Made by a program: the position numbers and the translations under genes. A stretch of 64,000 nucleotides of DNA from an archaeon. GTDB lineage: Archaea > Iainarchaeota > Iainarchaeia > Iainarchaeales > Iainarchaeaceae. The stretch lies in contig DATDWP010000016.1 of the NCBI GenBank assembly GCA_035289625.1, positions 11,871-75,870 of the forward strand, read 5' to 3'. Below are positions 39,112-48,522 of this stretch, one piece after another (the stretch's first letter is position 1; each line of letters begins with the position of its first letter). The notes below the pieces were generated by a model, which was not told the DNA's origin, did not search any database, and saw only the letters and a program-made list of their open reading frames with translations.

Positions 39112-40863
39112 TTAATCTTCCACAGCTAGTACTGAAATATATGTCCTTTTTTTTGAACTGTCATAAGAAACCCCAACTCCAACCAAATCATATTTTGCAA
39201 TTGAGAGCAAATCAGAAAAATTCGAATTTCTGGTATTCAGTTCTTTAGAAAAATCTTGAATAACTTGCAAACTTGGATTGGGAACATCAGGAAGGGGGAG
39301 CATTATCTCAACAAAAGCAAATTCATCTATAGTTTCAAAAAACCACAAATGAGTGAAATCATCCCTAACAGCAGTATTTAGAGGTTTTCCATTGGTCTTT
39401 CCCGGTATTACACTTCCCCAGCTTGTCCAGCTAACAAACGCGGTATCTGTTGATGCAATTTTTGTGTTATCTGCTATAACAAGTGCCCATTTTTCCACTT
39501 TAGTATTGATTTTCATTGGCTTTAGATTCTGTGCCGCTCTGAATTTTGCGATTTCAGAATATATTCCAGTTTTAATAGCAGTTTCACTAATAGCAGAACC
39601 GGCAGTTGGTGGAGTGGCTGTTGTTGGTATAGGATTAGTGCTGGTCCCATCTGCTGCAAGCGCGCCAGAAGTTGGGGAATTAGTGGAAATTGCAGTAGCA
39701 GAATTAGTAGCAAGTGTTGGAGCGACCGGGGCAGCTTCTTTCACCAAAATATAAATACAAATTGCAGCTACTCCATTGTCTTCACAAAATTGTACACCAA
39801 GAGTTACGCTTTTGGCATTTTGCATCGTTAAAGCATTATCAAGGTTTGGATATTTGGTTTCAAGAGCTTCTGCCATGAAACACTCAACAACAGCAGCATC
39901 AGAGGTTATTTTTATTTTTAATTCCGGGGCTTTTTTAGCACAAATTTCTTCAGTGTCTAGCCTGTAGAAATGACCTTCTTTTATGCTTGTAGCCCTTGCT
40001 TGTGCTAGAGCCGCAGGATCGGCTGAAACTTCTGGCCAACCAAGTTTAGCCCTTCCATCATTAATCTCTTTCAAAATAAGCTTCTCAATATTTGCAAGGT
40101 TAAATTTGGCAGCGCTTGCAGGTAGAGTTGAAGAAGGAGTGGGAGTAGATGGTGTAGTAGTGGGCGTGCTAGTCGGGGTTGTTGCGCCCGGGGTAGTTGT
40201 CGAGCCCGGAGTTGCTGCAGCAGCTTGCGCCGCAACATTGGCGGTAGCAGCGGTTGTTGAAAACAAACCCCAAGCGCTTGCTTGGTCAACCAGCCTTTTG
40301 TTAACAAGTGCAAGAGATTCGCCGATAGATGCTGCCGGAAGAGGTTGTAATGGTTCAATGCCTTTGGCTTTTTTATATACTGATTCAAACTGTGCCTTTA
40401 CTTTAGCGTATTCTTTTACGCCTTCATCCGAAGCGGCATAGTCGTGGAAATCTATACCAAACCCTTCTTGTTCACTATCACTTATTATCGGCCCATAAGT
40501 ATAAGGGTCTGAAAAATGAGTTTCATTGTTTTTGATTTCTCCCCCAAACTTTTCCCATTTACCACGAATGTCAGTGCCAATATAAGTTTTTACATGCGCC
40601 TGGACTTTATAATCGCGCAATACCTCCAATTTTGCAAAATCAAATCTAACTTTTGCATTCTCAATTGTGGTTTCGCCATATATTACAATTGATTCATTTG
40701 GATTTACAACAATAGAATCAGTAAATACAAAAGTGTGATTGTCAATGCTAGCAATATCTTTGCCATTATATGGATAGGAATATTTCTCTGTATCAGCAAG
40801 TGCTACAAAGGAAAATAAAATCAGGAAAATTGCAACTGTGCTAAGTGCCACGATTCTTTTCAT
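39112..40863 (-). CDS. Secreted protein with T/P/S/A-rich linkers; possible CAP/YkwD-like modules
   Basis: Signal peptide MKRIVALSTVAIFLILFSFVALA. Two linkers (TPGSTTTPGATTPTSTPTTTPSTPTPSS; APVAPTLATNSATAISTNSPTS) precede modules that begin ILKEINDGRAKLG and IYSEIAKFRAAQN. Confidence 0.55.
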   Translation of the reverse strand: MKRIVALSTVAIFLILFSFVALADTEKYSYPYNGKDIASIDNHTFVFTDSIVVNPNESIVIYGETTIENAKVRFDFAKLEVLRDYKVQAHVKTYIGTDIRGKWEKFGGEIKNNETHFSDPYTYGPIISDSEQEGFGIDFHDYAASDEGVKEYAKVKAQFESVYKKAKGIEPLQPLPAASIGESLALVNKRLVDQASAWGLFSTTAATANVAAQAAAATPGSTTTPGATTPTSTPTTTPSTPTPSSTLPASAAKFNLANIEKLILKEINDGRAKLGWPEVSADPAALAQARATSIKEGHFYRLDTEEICAKKAPELKIKITSDAAVVECFMAEALETKYPNLDNALTMQNAKSVTLGVQFCEDNGVAAICIYILVKEAAPVAPTLATNSATAISTNSPTSGALAADGTSTNPIPTTATPPTAGSAISETAIKTGIYSEIAKFRAAQNLKPMKINTKVEKWALVIADNTKIASTDTAFVSWTSWGSVIPGKTNGKPLNTAVRDDFTHLWFFETIDEFAFVEIMLPLPDVPNPSLQVIQDFSKELNTRNSNFSDLLSIAKYDLVGVGVSYDSSKKRTYISVLAVED

Positions 40864-41291
40864 TCAAAACCCACTAAATGAATGCGTTTTTCCAATTTAA
40901 ATCTTTGTTTTCCGGTTTTTCAAAAATTATAACTCCGCTCCAAGCATAAAGAGGTTGTTTGCAAAAAAAAGAGAAACCAGGCCCTTTTTTAGAGGGCCTA
41001 AAACGTGTTGCTAATATTTTAAGAAAATGGGATTAGGCTCACGTGGAGTTTTAAATCCACTATTATAATGCTTCAAATGAAATATATAAAATTTTACCCA
41101 GAATAGCCTTTGGGTGGTTATTTTTAAAGCCCAGCATTATTAGGGGGTTTTTGCCCAAAAGTACCGTTTTATTGTATTTTGAGCCAAAAGGCAAAATTGA
41201 GCCCTCAAATTTTATGGTAAATATGGCATTGGTTACAATTTTGGTTGGAAAGTGGGACAAATATTATAAACTTGGACAACTTAATCCTAAA

Positions 41292-42950
41292 ATGCAAAGT
41301 AAGCTTTTAGCAATCCTCTTATTTTCACTGCTAATTGCCTTTGGTGGGTGCGCACAGAAAAAAACCCCATACGAAGGCCCCGGGGCAACCGATGTTAATG
41401 CAGCCGACCAGAACGCCCTAATCAAGGCGCAAGAGGCAATAGTTGATGCAAATACGGTTAGCGAAACAGACATTTGCCTACGCGAACAAAATGCGGTAAA
41501 GGCGGATGAGTGCCTTATAGAACTTGGAAAAACAAACAAAAGGAGCGATCCGTGCGAAAAAATTTCCGTGCTGCCAAAGGACACCTGCTTTTTGGAAGTT
41601 GGGATTGCAGCAGAAGATGAAATCACGTGCGGGAAAATTTCAGACCAGAGCATAAAAGACAAGTGCTTTTCTCAAATTGCAGTTGAATCAGGAAGGATTG
41701 AACTATGCAGGAAAATTGGCGCAATTGAATCCCGTGATGAGTGCCTCGGAGAACTTGCAAACACAAAGTCCTCAATCAAAGAGTGCCTTTCCATTTTCGA
41801 TATCCCCACAAAGGATTCGTGCATTGTAACGGCTGCCGCCAAAATCACGGACAAATCAATTTGTGAAAATGTGAGCAAGAGGCTCACCAAAGAAGGGTAT
41901 TCCCGTGACCTTTGCTATTATGCAAATTCTAAGCTTCCTATGGGGCAGGAATGCGTGGTGCTTATCTCACCGGGCCTTGTTCCAAAATGCTTTTTGGAAG
42001 CTGATGGGAATTTTACAAAAGAAGTGGACTGCAATGCCCTATCTGATGTAAATTCCCAAAATAGCTGCACAGCCTGGCTCGGGTTTGCAAAAAAAGAAGT
42101 GTCCTATTGTTATGCCCTGCCCAAAAAAGAGCAGGATGCATGTGTTGAAAGAGTGATCAGCGCAAAGCCGCAGAAAACCGAGTGCCCTAAAATAAAGGGC
42201 CTGCAGCTTGAGAACGATTGCTATATGCAGGCTGCAGTTTCCTACAAGGATATTTCGGCATGCCAGCAAATTGACAGCAACCCAATTCTAAGAAATGGGT
42301 GCATTGCCGCGCTTGCACTTGAACTTGAGGACCCGCAATCATGCGCACTAATACCTGCAAACAATATTTCCGGAAGGGATGAGTGCTACTCAGGCCTTGC
42401 GCTTGCGACAAATGATTACAGGATATGCGAGAGCGTGCAGACAGATAAGCAATATATCAGTTGTTTTTCCGATATAGCGCTAGGTCTTGGCGCAACCGAA
42501 GTGTGCACAAAACCACAAAGGGAAAGCCTGCGCCTGTTGCCATATGCGGCTTCTGATTATTGCATTGAAGAATATGCAATTTCTATAGAGGATGCTAAAC
42601 TGTGCGATAAGATCTCCAAATCCGCCCTTCAAGAGCACTGCAATCAGGAGGTTGGCAAAAGGCTTGCCTGCATTGACAATGACGATGTGTGCGATGAGGG
42701 CATTTGCGATTATAAAATTGATTCTGATTGCAAGTCCCCGTTTTCCTGCACAGTGGATTCGGAGTGCAATGACAATAAGGCCGCTACAAAAAACAGCTGT
42801 GTCAATGATTTGTGCAAATACACCCAAATAACACAGTGCATTGCAGATGATAGTTACTGCCCCGGCATATGCACCTACACGGGGGATCCTAACAAGACAA
42901 CAAACGCGCAAGGGGAAACAAATGAGGATAGCGATTGCGAGAGCCCATAA
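41292..42950 (+). CDS. Cys-repeat lipoprotein (about 35-aa two-Cys helical repeats plus C-terminal Cys/Asp-rich region)
   Basis: Lipobox MQSKLLAILLFSLLIAFGGC (ATG 41292). Reiterated C-x(11-14)-C-x(17-21) pattern such as ISDQSIKDKCFSQIAVESGRIELCRKIGAIESRDECLGELA. Confidence 0.7.
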   Translation: MQSKLLAILLFSLLIAFGGCAQKKTPYEGPGATDVNAADQNALIKAQEAIVDANTVSETDICLREQNAVKADECLIELGKTNKRSDPCEKISVLPKDTCFLEVGIAAEDEITCGKISDQSIKDKCFSQIAVESGRIELCRKIGAIESRDECLGELANTKSSIKECLSIFDIPTKDSCIVTAAAKITDKSICENVSKRLTKEGYSRDLCYYANSKLPMGQECVVLISPGLVPKCFLEADGNFTKEVDCNALSDVNSQNSCTAWLGFAKKEVSYCYALPKKEQDACVERVISAKPQKTECPKIKGLQLENDCYMQAAVSYKDISACQQIDSNPILRNGCIAALALELEDPQSCALIPANNISGRDECYSGLALATNDYRICESVQTDKQYISCFSDIALGLGATEVCTKPQRESLRLLPYAASDYCIEEYAISIEDAKLCDKISKSALQEHCNQEVGKRLACIDNDDVCDEGICDYKIDSDCKSPFSCTVDSECNDNKAATKNSCVNDLCKYTQITQCIADDSYCPGICTYTGDPNKTTNAQGETNEDSDCESP

Positions 42951-43048
42951 CACGGCCTAACAACAGTATATGCCCTACAAATGATACAATTTATTTCCAA
43001 ATGGCAAGCATGCTTTTTGAGGCATTTTAAGGTTTTGTCGAAGTGGAA

Positions 43049-43056
43049 TTTATAAT
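43049..43056 (+). promoter_or_regulatory. TATA box (tttataat) ~26 nt upstream of the guaA ATG
   Basis: Spacing implies a leaderless transcript; no Shine-Dalgarno sequence. Confidence 0.4.
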
Positions 43057-43078
43057 ACTTTAATTTAATAGACTCTTA

Positions 43079-44872
43079 ATGGAAGCAGACAGAATAATTG
43101 TCCTTGATTTCGGAAGCCAATACACCCACCTACTTGCAAGAAGGATAAGAGAACTTGGGGTGTACTCGCAGATAATGTCTCCAACTGTTTCATCTGCTGA
43201 GCTTGCAAAATCAAAAGGGATTATACTAAGTGGCGGGCCAAAGAGTGTATATGACAAGGACGCGGTTGCATATAATCCCCAAATCTTCTCCCTTGGAGTT
43301 CCAATACTAGGGCTCTGCTATGGGGAGCAATTAATAGGGCATACTTTGGGCGGAAAGGTCGAACTTGGAAAAGTGAAAGAATATGGCAGCGCAAAATTCC
43401 AAGCAACAAAAACAGAGCTTTTTGCCGCCGTTTTACCAAATTCAACCGTGTGGATGAGCCACGGGGACAAGGTTTTGGTTTTGCCTGAAGGCTTTTCCAA
43501 AATAGGCTCGACAAAAGACTGTGAGTTTGCGGCAATTGCAGATGAGCGCAGAAAAATCTACGGGCTGCAGTTCCACCCCGAAGTTGCGCACTCGCAAGAG
43601 GGCATGAAAATACTTTCAAATTTCGTTTTTAGGATTTGCGGCTGCAAACCGAACTGGACAATGAAGGGTTATCTTGAGAAAAAAATAACGGAAGTTCAAA
43701 AAAATGCAGGGAATAAAAATGTATTTTTACTCCTAAGCGGCGGGGTTGATTCGACTGTCTGCCTTGCGCTAATTGCAAAAGCTCTAGGCGCGCAAAGGGT
43801 GCACGCTCTGCATGTTGACACGGGTTTTATGAGAAAGGGCGAGAGCAAACTGGTAGTTGAGGAACTCGAAAAACTGGGGTGCGGAAAAATACATCTTGTA
43901 GAGGCGCAGGATAAATTTTTGCAAAAACTAGATTGGGTAACTGACCCTGAGGAGAAGAGAAACATCATCGGAAAACTCTTTGTCGACATTGCAATCGAGG
44001 AATTGAATAACATCTCGTTTGAGCCTGGCACCTGGCTAATTGGCCAGGGCACAATATACCCTGACACAATTGAAACGGGCGGAAATGAAAATTCAAATAA
44101 GATAAAAACGCACCACAACAGGGCGCCTATAATTATGGAAATGATAGAGAAGGGAATGGTAATTGAGCCCCTAAAAGACCTCTACAAAGACGAGGTAAGA
44201 GAACTTGGCAAGCTTTTGGGACTGCCGGAAAAACTTGTAAATAGGCACCCATTCCCAGGGCCCGGGCTTGCGATAAGGATTCTTTGCAGCGGCACAAAAG
44301 ATGTAAATCTAGAAGCGGAAAAAGAGATTATGAAAATCGCAAAAAAAGAAGGGTATGCTGCAACAATTCTTCCGATAAAAGCAGTCGGGGTGCAGGGGGA
44401 TAACAGGACTTACAGGAATGCCTTGCTTTTGGAAGGGAAATTTGATTATGAGGCGCTCGAGAGGGTTTCTACAAAAATTACAAATTCTTTCAATTCAATA
44501 AATCGCGTGGTTGCCTTAGTTTTTCCCAAAAAAATAAATTCTATTGAGCTAAAGGCCGCATTTTTGACAAAGTCGCGCATTCAAAAACTTCAAGAAGCTG
44601 ATTTTGCGGCTACACAAATTCTTGCAAAAACAAAACAGTATGACTCAATCTGGCAATTCCCCGTGGTTTTGCTCCCAATCGATTTTAATAAAAATGGCGA
44701 GGGGGTAGTGCTGCGCCCAGTCGAATCAAAAGAGGCAATGACCGCAAAATTTTCAAAAATAAATAAATCGGCTCTCAAAAAAATGGCAACTCGCATCTTG
44801 AAAATCGGGGGAATCGGGGCGGTAATGCTAGATATTACACATAAACCCCCCGCAACAATTGAGTGGGAATAA
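43079..44872 (+). CDS. guaA: GMP synthase (glutamine-hydrolysing), fused GATase + ATP-PPase, long C-terminal form
   Basis: LGLCYGEQL, FHPEV, LLLSGGVDSTV, IKTHHN, HPFPGPGLAIR, VGVQGDNRTY, C-terminal KPPATIEWE. Confidence 0.9.
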   Translation: MEADRIIVLDFGSQYTHLLARRIRELGVYSQIMSPTVSSAELAKSKGIILSGGPKSVYDKDAVAYNPQIFSLGVPILGLCYGEQLIGHTLGGKVELGKVKEYGSAKFQATKTELFAAVLPNSTVWMSHGDKVLVLPEGFSKIGSTKDCEFAAIADERRKIYGLQFHPEVAHSQEGMKILSNFVFRICGCKPNWTMKGYLEKKITEVQKNAGNKNVFLLLSGGVDSTVCLALIAKALGAQRVHALHVDTGFMRKGESKLVVEELEKLGCGKIHLVEAQDKFLQKLDWVTDPEEKRNIIGKLFVDIAIEELNNISFEPGTWLIGQGTIYPDTIETGGNENSNKIKTHHNRAPIIMEMIEKGMVIEPLKDLYKDEVRELGKLLGLPEKLVNRHPFPGPGLAIRILCSGTKDVNLEAEKEIMKIAKKEGYAATILPIKAVGVQGDNRTYRNALLLEGKFDYEALERVSTKITNSFNSINRVVALVFPKKINSIELKAAFLTKSRIQKLQEADFAATQILAKTKQYDSIWQFPVVLLPIDFNKNGEGVVLRPVESKEAMTAKFSKINKSALKKMATRILKIGGIGAVMLDITHKPPATIEWE

Positions 44873-44948
44873 GAGGGAAAAAGGCCAAGCGGAAAGTTCA
44901 ACTCGTGCTTGCGAAAGCTTTTATACCCCCAATTACAAATACTAAGTG

Positions 44949-45176
44949 ATGACTCGCGAATTTGAGGTTATTCAAAAACAGGCGCTAAAGGCGCTCTCGA
45001 TCTACTCGATGGTAGTTTTACTTGGCGGGCTTTTTCTCTCATCAATTGTCGAAGGGCTCAGGTTGCATTTGATGGGATCTAGCGCGCAAGCTACACTACT
45101 CTATTTTGCAGGCATTGGTTCACTTGCGGTAACAATATATGTGTACAAGAAAGGCAGGGAAATAATCGGCGCATAA
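44949..45176 (+). CDS. Small two-TM membrane protein
   Basis: 75-aa ORF with two hydrophobic helices. Confidence 0.4.
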   Translation: MTREFEVIQKQALKALSIYSMVVLLGGLFLSSIVEGLRLHLMGSSAQATLLYFAGIGSLAVTIYVYKKGREIIGA

Positions 45177-45249
45177 AATTTACAGACTCTTTCTACTAAT
45201 TTACACTTTTTTGAGTCAAATTTATATTCTCTTTCTTTTTGGCCACGAC

Positions 45250-45357
45250 TTTGTTTCTTTTCCGCCACATTGCAAACCTTTCGGTTTGCGATGCCTCGCA
45301 GAACTTTTGTTCTGCAAGGAGGCTTTTCTTTTTCTTTGTAAGAAAAAGAAAAAAGTT
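45250..45357 (+). repeat. Structured repeat block next to tRNA-Ala: double-hairpin module copy 2 (45272-45323) plus polypyrimidine/polypurine hairpin (45323-45355)
   Basis: GCAAACC-TTTC-GGTTTGC GATGCCTC GCAGAAC-TTTT-GTTCTGC AAGGAGGC, then CTTTTCTTTTTCTT-TGTA-AGAAAAAGAAAA. Confidence 0.7.
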
Positions 45358-45363
45358 GTAGTT

Positions 45364-45435
45364 TGGACCCTGCGGGGATTGAACCCGCGGCCTCTTCGTT
45401 GCGAACGAAGCGCTCTACCACTGAGCTAAGGGCCC
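45364..45435 (-). tRNA. tRNA-Ala(CGC), no intron
   Basis: GGGCCCU/AGGGUCC acceptor with the G3:U70 identity pair, GCUC-AGUGGUA-GAGC, CUUCG-UUCGCAA-CGAAG, GCGGG-UUCAAUC-CCCGC. Confidence 0.9.
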
Positions 45436-45788
45436 GGAAAGGAATTAGGAATAGCAAGGTATTTATTCTTTGGCTGGAAGTGCAAATACCATTAAATACC
45501 CAGGAAATTCATTTTGCGGCAAATAACCCCCTATTATACTCGGGCAATTGATCTCACTCGCCTCACTGCCCTACTGATAGGCCTAGAGAGTTTGAATCAT
45601 CCTACCTGCATATAATCCAAAATTCCAAAGGCAAAAAATTCGATAAGGACTTGTTTGCGTTGATTGGGGAGACGATATTTGACAATCGGCGAATTAAAAC
45701 TATATTTTTGTTTAAATAGTACATTGAATTTTGCGTATTTTTAGTTTTGTTTAAATTAACTTTTCCCCAAATATCATTGGGTGGAAAA

Positions 45789-46106
45789 ATGGCCGAGTAT
45801 GCTCTACATGCACAGTATAGGGAAACTAATCCAGCAGCAAAAGTACTAGGAGTTGGAATTGCAGTAGTTGGCCTATTTTTGCTAATTACTTGGTTTAGTA
45901 GCCCTGTTGCTGAGAATACCGACCTTCTAATATCAATCGCTCTTCTGCTACTTGGCGGATATTTATTTTTTACAAATCCGATGCCAAGTCCGCCAACTAT
46001 CTCAATTGAAGGGGACAATATTCAAAAGGAAGATATAGAAGATGCAATTAGAAGCGTTGAAAAGAGCGAACCGGTTAAGGCCATGATAAATGAGCTAAAA
46101 AAGTAA
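45789..46106 (+). CDS. Small membrane protein, function unknown
   Basis: ATG preceded by a GGGTGG Shine-Dalgarno box; two TM helices and a charged tail. Confidence 0.45.
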   Translation: MAEYALHAQYRETNPAAKVLGVGIAVVGLFLLITWFSSPVAENTDLLISIALLLLGGYLFFTNPMPSPPTISIEGDNIQKEDIEDAIRSVEKSEPVKAMINELKK

Positions 46107-46174
46107 TAGAACAGCACTAAAAATAGAAAGATTGGATTGACTCAATAGTTTTTCTGCAAAAACGGAGGGATTGT

Positions 46175-46618
46175 ATGAGAACAATTTCAATAAAAAAACC
46201 TGGTATAGAGGCAATGGAATCACACGAACTTAAGGGGAAAAAAGTTTTAACATATGAAGGCAAAGAGATGGGAAAAATTTCAGACATTCTCATCGACAAG
46301 GATCTTGAGGTCGAAGGAGTGTTAATACACCGCGGCCTTATCAAAAAAGACATTTTTGTGGGAAAAAACTATATACAATCAATAGGAAAAGAAGGGGCAA
46401 TACTCAAAATCACTCCCCCCACTGAGTATGAGGGGATGAAGGTCTTTGATTCGACGGGAAAAGAGATTGGCACTGTAAAGAAGGTCAACACAACTCCGAG
46501 CAACACGGTAAATATTGTAATTGACCGCGGGCTTATGAAGGAGAACCTTGTGGTGACAAACGATTCGGTGCAAAATATTGGGGAGAATGTGATCCTAAAT
46601 ATTGAACTCGAGAAGTGA
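46175..46618 (+). CDS. PRC-barrel domain protein
   Basis: LKGKKVLTYEGKEMGKISDILIDKDLEVEGVLI and a second GMKVFDSTGKEIGTVKKV repeat; Shine-Dalgarno GGAGGG. Confidence 0.6.
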   Translation: MRTISIKKPGIEAMESHELKGKKVLTYEGKEMGKISDILIDKDLEVEGVLIHRGLIKKDIFVGKNYIQSIGKEGAILKITPPTEYEGMKVFDSTGKEIGTVKKVNTTPSNTVNIVIDRGLMKENLVVTNDSVQNIGENVILNIELEK

Positions 46619-46788
46619 ATCTAATTTTCACTTCTTTTTTTTCTTTTATTTTACATTCCAAACAAGAATTCACTATAGTTTCATTATAGGACTCAAAAGT
46701 TAAGAGCAAAGGACTAAAATCAATCAGTTTTCGCACCGGCAATAAGGCCTGCTCTTCTTTTTATTCCCCAAAATGCTATAAGTGGTAA

Positions 46789-47448
46789 ATGCCACATTCA
46801 CTCTCTGCTTCCACTCTTTCACTCTTCAAAGATTGCCCTCGCTGCTTTTGGATGCATTTACGGAAAAAAATTAAAAGGCCACAAGGGATTTTCCCATCTC
46901 TGCCATCCGGCATTGACCTTGTACTAAAAGAACATTTTGATTCCTACTCAAAAATTGGTGCTCTCCCCCCAGAACTTTCAAACATTGAAGGAAAAGTGCA
47001 GCTTTTTGATGATGAAAAACTTCTTGCAAAGTGGAGGGATTTTAGAAGCGGGCTTATTTGGAAAGATGGAACTGGGAATGTGCTGCGCGGGGCATTGGAC
47101 AATTTGCTGGTAGAAGATGGGGATTTTATTGTTCTTGATTACAAAACGCGCGGCTACCCGCGAAAAGATGACACTCACACTTACTACCAGCACCAGCTTG
47201 ACATATACAATCTGCTTTTGCAAAAAAACGGTTTTCCGACTAAAAATTATGCATACCTTCTTTTCTACCACCCAATAAATATAGGTGCAAATGGACATTT
47301 TACATTCCAGGCTGATTTGGTAAAAGTTAATGTGCAAGTTCGAAATGCCGTTGAACTTTTTGAAAAAGCCCTTCAAACCCTTGATGGGCAAAAACCCGAA
47401 TCTTCCGAACAATGCTCATTTTGCAACTGGGCAAAAATGCACAAATAA
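46789..47448 (+). CDS. PD-(D/E)XK nuclease, Cas4/RecB-like, with four flanking Cys
   Basis: N-terminal CPRCFW, core D...VLDYKT, C-terminal CSFCNW. Confidence 0.6.
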   Translation: MPHSLSASTLSLFKDCPRCFWMHLRKKIKRPQGIFPSLPSGIDLVLKEHFDSYSKIGALPPELSNIEGKVQLFDDEKLLAKWRDFRSGLIWKDGTGNVLRGALDNLLVEDGDFIVLDYKTRGYPRKDDTHTYYQHQLDIYNLLLQKNGFPTKNYAYLLFYHPINIGANGHFTFQADLVKVNVQVRNAVELFEKALQTLDGQKPESSEQCSFCNWAKMHK

Positions 47449-47817
47449 GCAAAGTGTTAAAGCCTAGAAAAAATATTTCAAAACTAAAGAGGAAGCCATT
47501 TTCTATTTAAGGTCGTCTTTGTCGGAGCAATTCGATGAAAGGTTTGAAGCGGATAATGGGATTGGAGCTCTGGTATACGAGACATTTTAGGATTCACAGT
47601 TCATTACAAGCAGGAAAAACCGCAAAATGCAAAAGCGCCTCATGCCACAATTTTTTGTGGAAAGAGGAACACCTGAATGGAACTCTATTCGTAAGGAAAA
47701 ATTCACAAAACCAAATATTAATCTGCAGGATTTTGCAAAATAGCTCAAAAACCGATATCGGAAGGTAGGGGAAACCAATTAATAGGCAAAAGCCATTGAA
47801 TGTATAAAGTGTAAAGT

Positions 47818-48522
47818 ATGCTAAAACATCTGCCGACAATAACTGTAGCGCTTGTGATTGTTTCCCTGCTCGTATTCTACACAGCTTATGACAAGCAAAC
47901 CAAAAGCATTGTCCCAGATAAGCTTGCAGACGTTGTAATGTTTAAGGATGCGAAAAATTCACTGCGCGAACTAAATAAAGTCGCAGCCCTTGCATCAATT
48001 GGGCTTCTTGCAATAGCTTTTTTGCTAGGCCCCCTTTCAAAAATTATCCCTCACACTTTTGCGCCGATGATCTATGCAAGAAAGCCAATAGGTTTAGCAG
48101 GGTTTGTCCTTGGCCTTGCCCATGGAGCATATTCATTTTTCGTAATTTATGGGGGAAGCCTTGAAAAGACGTTTTTTGAAAATCCAAAAATGCTTGGCGC
48201 AGTTTTAGGGATAATAGGGCTTTTCATATTCTTTTTGATGGCAATAACCTCAACTGAAAAAGCAGTCAAGAAAATGGGTTATGCGCGCTGGAAAACTCTG
48301 CAAAGGACAGGCTATATTGCACTGTTTTTTGTGGTTGCACATTTCATAATCCTTGAAGTAAAACCCGACATTGGTTTGGATGTGCGACCTTATGGATTGC
48401 TGTTCCTTTTCATTGCAATAGTTGCGCTAGCACTCAAAGCAATAAGCATTTTTATAAAAGTGGAGCAAAATCCCGCTCATGACAGCACAATTTTCATGCA
48501 CCCGGAAGAGAAGAAGCGATAA
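47818..48522 (+). CDS. Ferric-reductase-like / MsrQ-like membrane protein, paralogue 2
   Basis: 6 TM; LGLAHGAY, WKTLQRTGY, VVAHFI. Confidence 0.55.
   Translation: MLKHLPTITVALVIVSLLVFYTAYDKQTKSIVPDKLADVVMFKDAKNSLRELNKVAALASIGLLAIAFLLGPLSKIIPHTFAPMIYARKPIGLAGFVLGLAHGAYSFFVIYGGSLEKTFFENPKMLGAVLGIIGLFIFFLMAITSTEKAVKKMGYARWKTLQRTGYIALFFVVAHFIILEVKPDIGLDVRPYGLLFLFIAIVALALKAISIFIKVEQNPAHDSTIFMHPEEKKR

Noticed and set aside
40979-40999. 7-bp hairpin AGGCCCT-TTTTTAG-AGGGCCT, considered as a terminator
   Set aside because: It lies between two divergently transcribed genes, so it cannot terminate either one. It is too short to call as an RNA gene without expression data.
45364-45435. Possibility that the plus strand (same orientation as the adjacent repeat block) encodes a tRNA, i.e. 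the antisense of tRNA-Ala
   Set aside because: The antisense fold lacks the T-loop UUCRA and D-loop GG elements. The minus-strand reading is a perfect tRNA-Ala with G3:U70.
45101-45551. ORFs 45101-45457 (-), 45211-45429 (+) and 45363-45551 (+). The analogous ORFs are 32484-32681 (-) over tRNA-Asn and 60484-60672 (-) over tRNA-Ser.
   Set aside because: They are translations of tRNA genes and the adjacent repeat block.
47449-47817. 369-nt gap with only weak ORFs (47535-47768 +, 47587-47778 -, 47594-47839 -), considered as a possible RNase P RNA or other ncRNA
   Set aside because: I could not find the RNase P P4/CR-I (GGAAAGUCC-like) or CR-V (ACAGAA...GGCUUA-like) signatures, or convincing long-range pairing, on either strand. 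It is left unannotated. A covariance-model scan would settle it.
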